Part shown: piece after piece, positions 60,292-64,000 of the stretch
How the letters are laid out: each line of letters begins with the position of its first letter
How positions within the stretch are numbered: the first letter of the stretch is position 1
Sequence record: OQ411014.1
DNA from: Escherichia phage EJP2
DNA length: 64,000 bases
Reading direction: 5' to 3' (one strand)
Notes under the pieces: model-generated
Database searches by the model: none
Told to the model about the DNA's origin: nothing
The model's input: the letters and a program-made list of their open reading frames with translations, nothing else
Translations under genes and position numbers: made by a program

Positions 60292-60782
60292 AAGCTAAAG
60301 ACCTAATCGATTTACTAAAAAATGATCCAGAACAAGAACTATACGTGCAGCTTTCCCGAACAACTTCATGGGATGAAGATTACTGTACTGCTCATGTAGT
60401 GACTGATATTGAGATGACTCCATCTGGTATTTTCATTGAGTATGACTATCATAGTGCTAAGTCTGTAAAGATGCCAGCAGATGCACCATATGTCGGAGCT
60501 TTCCGTATCTTCCTGAAAAATGGTGAAGAATTCATTCCTAATGAAGTAGAAGATTTCTGGCCTAGTATTTTTGATTTTGGTTACTACGCATCATACAAAA
60601 CTGACAACGAATGTGTTGTACTGGAGTATAGTGAAGAATGTCAATACAATCCTGATAAAGTTGTCAGTACTGTAGATGATGTAGATCGTGTTGAAGTTGT
60701 AACTAGCGTTCAAGGATGGAAAACAGAATGGACATCTATGACGTTCCAGGAAGCATTCGAGTTTATGACGAATCTAGAGTAA
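60288..60782 (+). CDS. hypothetical protein, paralogue of 59752..60291
   Basis: ATGA overlap; see the paired motifs listed for 59752..60291. Confidence 0.65.
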   Translation: MKAKDLIDLLKNDPEQELYVQLSRTTSWDEDYCTAHVVTDIEMTPSGIFIEYDYHSAKSVKMPADAPYVGAFRIFLKNGEEFIPNEVEDFWPSIFDFGYYASYKTDNECVVLEYSEECQYNPDKVVSTVDDVDRVEVVTSVQGWKTEWTSMTFQEAFEFMTNLE

Positions 60783-61144
60783 ATCCGTTCGTACTAGAAG
60801 ATATGCTGTGTAAGTACTTTGAATTCAACATGTACAATAAAGAAAAATTGGCCCCTTGGGACGAAAGATGTTTGTTCGAAATATTGAGGCATAATTTTGA
60901 AGATGAACGCAGTCTATATGATACAGTACTGAAGTTAGTTGATATACTTAGTTCTACATTTGACGAACAGGTATTTGTGGCTTCATACCCAAGTAATTAT
61001 AGTGCTGTAGTTCATCCAAATGTTGTTTACCTTGATGAATTTGCATTCGGAAGAACATATCCAGAATGCAAAATTATCATTGCGTTCAACTATATGAATG
61101 TTGATGTTTCTTATAATGGTGTCCTTAGATATATAGTAAGATGA
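60716..61144 (+). CDS. hypothetical protein (start uncertain: 60716, 60728 or 60803)
   Basis: ORF track; the 5' 67 nt overlap the upstream gene, so a later start is possible. Confidence 0.5.
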   Translation: MENRMDIYDVPGSIRVYDESRVNPFVLEDMLCKYFEFNMYNKEKLAPWDERCLFEILRHNFEDERSLYDTVLKLVDILSSTFDEQVFVASYPSNYSAVVHPNVVYLDEFAFGRTYPECKIIIAFNYMNVDVSYNGVLRYIVR

Positions 61145-61178
61145 TAAATATTCTATATCATTATATGAGGATTATTTT

Positions 61179-61625
61179 ATGAGCGATTTTGATGCAGCAG
61201 TAGATATGCGTAACATACTGGATTACATGGATGATACAGTACAAGAGAACGGTTCTTCTGAACTACTTGAGTTCGTTGAGGATTGTATCTTTTTGGAATC
61301 ATTGAGTCACCACTGGCACTTACAGTGTAAGATTTATTCCAAACATATGGAACTCGATGAACTATACAAAGAAATTGGTGAATACGTTGATTCCTTCATT
61401 GAAGGACTAATGAGTACTCGTGGTGTTCTACCTATGGTATCGGAGAAGCAATACTTCTTCGTAGGATTAGATCAATGTATTCCAGTACTGGAACAGTACG
61501 TACAACAAGCTAAAGTCATCCATGAGATGTTAGCTGCTGAAGATGATTTCGGTTCAGTGAATAGTATTGAAGACATTATTAGTTTTCTAGAACGTACTCT
61601 TTACAAACTGAAGTGTCTAGACTAA
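61179..61625 (+). CDS. Dps/ferritin-like four-helix-bundle protein
   Basis: SLSHHWHLQCKIYSKHMELDELYKEIGEYVDSFIEGL parallels the Dps pattern (FHW...G..F..H..lde.Y.el...vD.iAEr). Confidence 0.5.
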   Translation: MSDFDAAVDMRNILDYMDDTVQENGSSELLEFVEDCIFLESLSHHWHLQCKIYSKHMELDELYKEIGEYVDSFIEGLMSTRGVLPMVSEKQYFFVGLDQCIPVLEQYVQQAKVIHEMLAAEDDFGSVNSIEDIISFLERTLYKLKCLD

Positions 61626-61632
61626 AATACAA

Positions 61633-61656
61633 AGGACGCACAATGCGTCCTTTTTC
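61633..61656 (+). terminator. intrinsic terminator
   Basis: AGGACGCA-caa-TGCGTCCT followed by TTTT. Confidence 0.8.
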
Positions 61657-61672
61657 TATATGAGGATTTTAT

Positions 61673-62020
61673 ATGAGTGAAACACGTGTAATCTATGGCT
61701 TGATTGCAGAACTAAATTCACCTGTTGATTACGATGAAGAGATTGACCGCATCTCTGACAGTACTCTAAGTCTGAACTACAATGGTACATTAGTGTATAT
61801 GGTTCAAGAAGAACTAGAGTCATATGAATTTGGTTTGCTAATTTCTACTAAGCAATATGGCGATAAAGACAAGTTCCTTGCACTATGCAAAGAAGCAAAT
61901 CTTGATGTCAATCCTGACAGTACTGACATTTTCTGCGTACAATGGTATGACGGGGTAGATTGTCCTTTGGATTGTACCAGCATTGAAGAATATAGAGCGT
62001 ATCGTACCGGTGCTAAATAG
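61673..62020 (+). CDS. hypothetical protein (115 aa)
   Basis: ORF track; GAGGA RBS. Confidence 0.65.
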   Translation: MSETRVIYGLIAELNSPVDYDEEIDRISDSTLSLNYNGTLVYMVQEELESYEFGLLISTKQYGDKDKFLALCKEANLDVNPDSTDIFCVQWYDGVDCPLDCTSIEEYRAYRTGAK

Positions 62021-62056
62021 TATTATATCAATACTACTCTATAAGGAGATAATAAA

Positions 62057-62281
62057 ATGCAAGCTAACGATTTGTCTGGTAAAATTGTCACTGAAGGTGA
62101 CGTAGTAGCTTATGGACATGACAATGGAAGTACTTTAGAACTAGGTAAAGTATATAAGATTACGCCTAAGAAAGTTTGGATGTATCCTATTCAGGATGGT
62201 GTAGTACAGTTCCTGTGCAAACAGTGCCGTGATTGGAGGCGAGTGGTAAAGGTTGAGAATTTCTATAATCGAGATAAATGA
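62057..62281 (+). CDS. hypothetical protein (74 aa)
   Basis: ORF track; AAGGAG RBS. Confidence 0.6.
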   Translation: MQANDLSGKIVTEGDVVAYGHDNGSTLELGKVYKITPKKVWMYPIQDGVVQFLCKQCRDWRRVVKVENFYNRDK

Positions 62282-62516
62282 GATTTATGAAGAATACCGA
62301 GACGTGTGGCGTAATGCTGATTACAGTATAGTACGCCGCAAACGTCTACTGGAATTATTTGATAAGGGTCTTGTAATTGTGGTGAACACGAAGCATTGTC
62401 CACAACTAAAACAGGATGCGGATTTGAAAAAGTTGCTCAAGGATGGTAAACTAGAACAGTTCAATATCAGAGAGAGTAAGAATTTCAAGAGGACATATCT
62501 AAGAAGGAAGCCATGA
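62253..62516 (+). CDS. hypothetical basic protein (start uncertain, TTG in track)
   Basis: ORF track; overlaps the upstream gene by 29 nt; no ATG near the 5' end. Confidence 0.4.
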   Translation: MRISIIEINEIYEEYRDVWRNADYSIVRRKRLLELFDKGLVIVVNTKHCPQLKQDADLKKLLKDGKLEQFNIRESKNFKRTYLRRKP

Positions 62517-62517
62517 T

Positions 62518-63072
62518 ATGGCAAAACTACAATTTACATATGCAGCAATGAATTGCGGTAAAAGTACTGCACTATTACAAACAGCTTATAACCTAAGTAA
62601 TATTGGAAAGAAAGTACAATACTACACATCAGCACTTGATGACCGATATGGTTATGGTAAAATTACTTCCAGAATTGGTCTGTCCGAAGAAGCTATGGTC
62701 ATTCCTAAAGATGACTTTTCAGTACTGAATGATATCATTACTGATTACAATGAAGGTACTGAACCTTTTGCAATTTTCGTTGATGAATGTCAGTTCTTGA
62801 ATACAAATCAGATTGACAAATTGGCGTATATCGCTGATAATTGCAATGTAGCCGTATATTGTTATGGACTCAGGACTGATTACAGTGGTGTACTCTTTGA
62901 GGGTTCTAAACGTCTCTTTGAGTTAGCTGATGACTTACATGAGCTAAGTAACAACTGTCAATGTGGTGCTAAGGCTACGATGACAAAGCGACTAAATGAC
63001 AGTACTGAACAAGTACTGATTGGTGATAATGACATGTATCAATGCGTATGCAGAGCGTGTCACAAGAAATAA
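62518..63072 (+). CDS. tdk: thymidine kinase
   Basis: P-loop AMNCGKST; VDECQF; C-terminal Zn motif CQCG...CVCRAC. Confidence 0.92.
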   Translation: MAKLQFTYAAMNCGKSTALLQTAYNLSNIGKKVQYYTSALDDRYGYGKITSRIGLSEEAMVIPKDDFSVLNDIITDYNEGTEPFAIFVDECQFLNTNQIDKLAYIADNCNVAVYCYGLRTDYSGVLFEGSKRLFELADDLHELSNNCQCGAKATMTKRLNDSTEQVLIGDNDMYQCVCRACHKK

Positions 63073-63081
63073 GGACAACAT

Positions 63082-63330
63082 ATGATTAGTTACAAAGACA
63101 TTATCTTTGCAGTACTGAAGCGTTTCAAAAATGAAGTACTTGATGAGTTTGATGACCGTACTCTGTTCAAACTATTAGCGTACTGTACTGCTGCATTTGT
63201 AGTATTCTCTTTTGTACCAGGGTGGGCTATTGTTGTTGCACTTCTGATTGGTTGGGTTACTTACATCGTTGACCGTTCACAAGACGCAAAGACTTGGGCT
63301 GAACATGAAAAAGATGTTGACGAAGAATAA
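63082..63330 (+). CDS. small membrane protein (82 aa)
   Basis: Central hydrophobic hairpin AAFVVFSFVPGWAIVVALLIGWVTYIV. Confidence 0.6.
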   Translation: MISYKDIIFAVLKRFKNEVLDEFDDRTLFKLLAYCTAAFVVFSFVPGWAIVVALLIGWVTYIVDRSQDAKTWAEHEKDVDEE

Positions 63331-63350
63331 AAAATAACATACACTTAAAA

Positions 63351-63376
63351 GGTGCTACAGATGTAGTGCCTTTTTT
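63351..63376 (+). terminator. intrinsic terminator
   Basis: GGTGCTAC-agat-GTAGTGCC (two G-U pairs) followed by TTTTTT. Confidence 0.65.
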
Positions 63377-63390
63377 CTTAGGAGAGTACT

Positions 63391-63870
63391 ATGTGGTTAT
63401 TTCTATTTTGTTTGATAATGGCATTTGCAACAGTGCAATTGTTCTTTGAGATGGTACATTCTGGTGTATTCGGAGATAGATTGTACTTCAAGGTGAAGTT
63501 TATTGGATTTGATGTAAACACTGAGCGTTCACAGGTGATCCGTACATTAATAATGATGTATCATTCTGGTAAGTACAAAATTGAACTGAACAAGCAGACA
63601 TTATATTTCATCCAAGAAGGCGAGAACAGTACTGAATACATTGTGGAGTGCTTACATGTAAGTGATGTGAATTCATATAAGTACGGACGTTTTGCTGGTA
63701 TTACTAGTACTACAATGGATAACCGAGGCATAATTGATTTCGACACTCGGATGATGTTGTATGATATTGTTGCTGAAGCAAAAGAGCCTGAACCACCAGC
63801 AGATGTTCCAACTTACCAGTACTCAAACTTGAAAGGTTTCTTTGCCCCTAAACAGGATATCGAATTATGA
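63391..63870 (+). CDS. hypothetical protein with N-terminal TM helix (159 aa)
   Basis: MWLFLFCLIMAFATVQLFF; AGGAG RBS. Confidence 0.65.
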   Translation: MWLFLFCLIMAFATVQLFFEMVHSGVFGDRLYFKVKFIGFDVNTERSQVIRTLIMMYHSGKYKIELNKQTLYFIQEGENSTEYIVECLHVSDVNSYKYGRFAGITSTTMDNRGIIDFDTRMMLYDIVAEAKEPEPPADVPTYQYSNLKGFFAPKQDIEL

Positions 63871-64000
63871 TTATTGAATATGTAATTGCAATGTGTACTG
63901 CGAGTGCTGTAGCACCGTTGGGTTCTTATATTCTGTACCAGAATCGTGAAGTTATTTCGCGTAAACTGGGTAAACTCTTCGGTACTAAAAAGCTGATTGA
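63867..64000 (+). CDS. hypothetical protein, 3' truncated by window edge
   Basis: ATGA overlap start; MIIEYVIAMCTASAVAPLG...; still open at base 64000. Confidence 0.45.
   Translation, partial: MIIEYVIAMCTASAVAPLGSYILYQNREVISRKLGKLFGTKKLI

Noticed and set aside
1-64000. CRISPR arrays, tRNA or rRNA genes, integrase, transposase or IS elements, long direct or terminal repeats
   Set aside because: I scanned for regularly spaced repeats, cloverleaf-type GTTCRA T-loops and recombinase motifs and found none. The only repeated DNA elements are the AGTACT motif, the promoter family, the GGAGCC/GGCTCC terminator pair and the two RNA loci.

Overview
This is an AT-rich (about 35-37% GC by eye) 64-kb segment of a large virulent phage genome whose host is Gram-negative (sigma70-type promoters, a lipoprotein o-spanin, an FNR-type site). 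It holds about 110 tightly packed genes, and all but two are on the + strand. The recognisable genes are mostly T4-type nucleic-acid and nucleotide enzymes: RnlA-like RNA ligase, PseT-like polynucleotide kinase-phosphatase, gp30-like ATP DNA ligase, dCMP deaminase, thymidine kinase and NrdD/NrdG. Others include a phage Dam-type N6-A methyltransferase, PIN-PhoH, GroES, ClpP and MazG. An NAD+ salvage pair (NMNAT-Nudix plus Nampt) sits inside a probable counter-defence island with an Acb1-like 2H phosphoesterase, a Sir2 lacking the Zn module, a Nudix, a receiver-like protein and an HslV-like hydrolase. There is also a three-gene tail-fibre cassette and a spanin pair. No tRNA, rRNA, CRISPR array, integrase or transposase was seen. 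Five observations stand out. (1) Two divergent, promoter-driven, ORF-free loci of about 0.5 kb (4.74-5.47 kb and 58.67-59.35 kb) share short conserved sequence blocks and helices with compensatory substitutions; I read them as an unassigned structured ncRNA family. (2) The palindrome AGTACT, often TCAGTACTGA, is over-represented roughly 10-fold across the window, in all reading frames and in terminator stems. (3) A roughly 9-kb tandem array holds at least 11 paralogous genes of about 180 aa that share a C-terminal F-Q-A-S...D motif. (4) A near-consensus class II FNR promoter lies in front of nrdDG. (5) A leftward-transcribed island bracketed by near-identical bidirectional terminators encodes Ig-like proteins and a secreted ClpP-like protein. 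All coordinates and counts were derived by hand from the sequence and ORF track. No database search was run.
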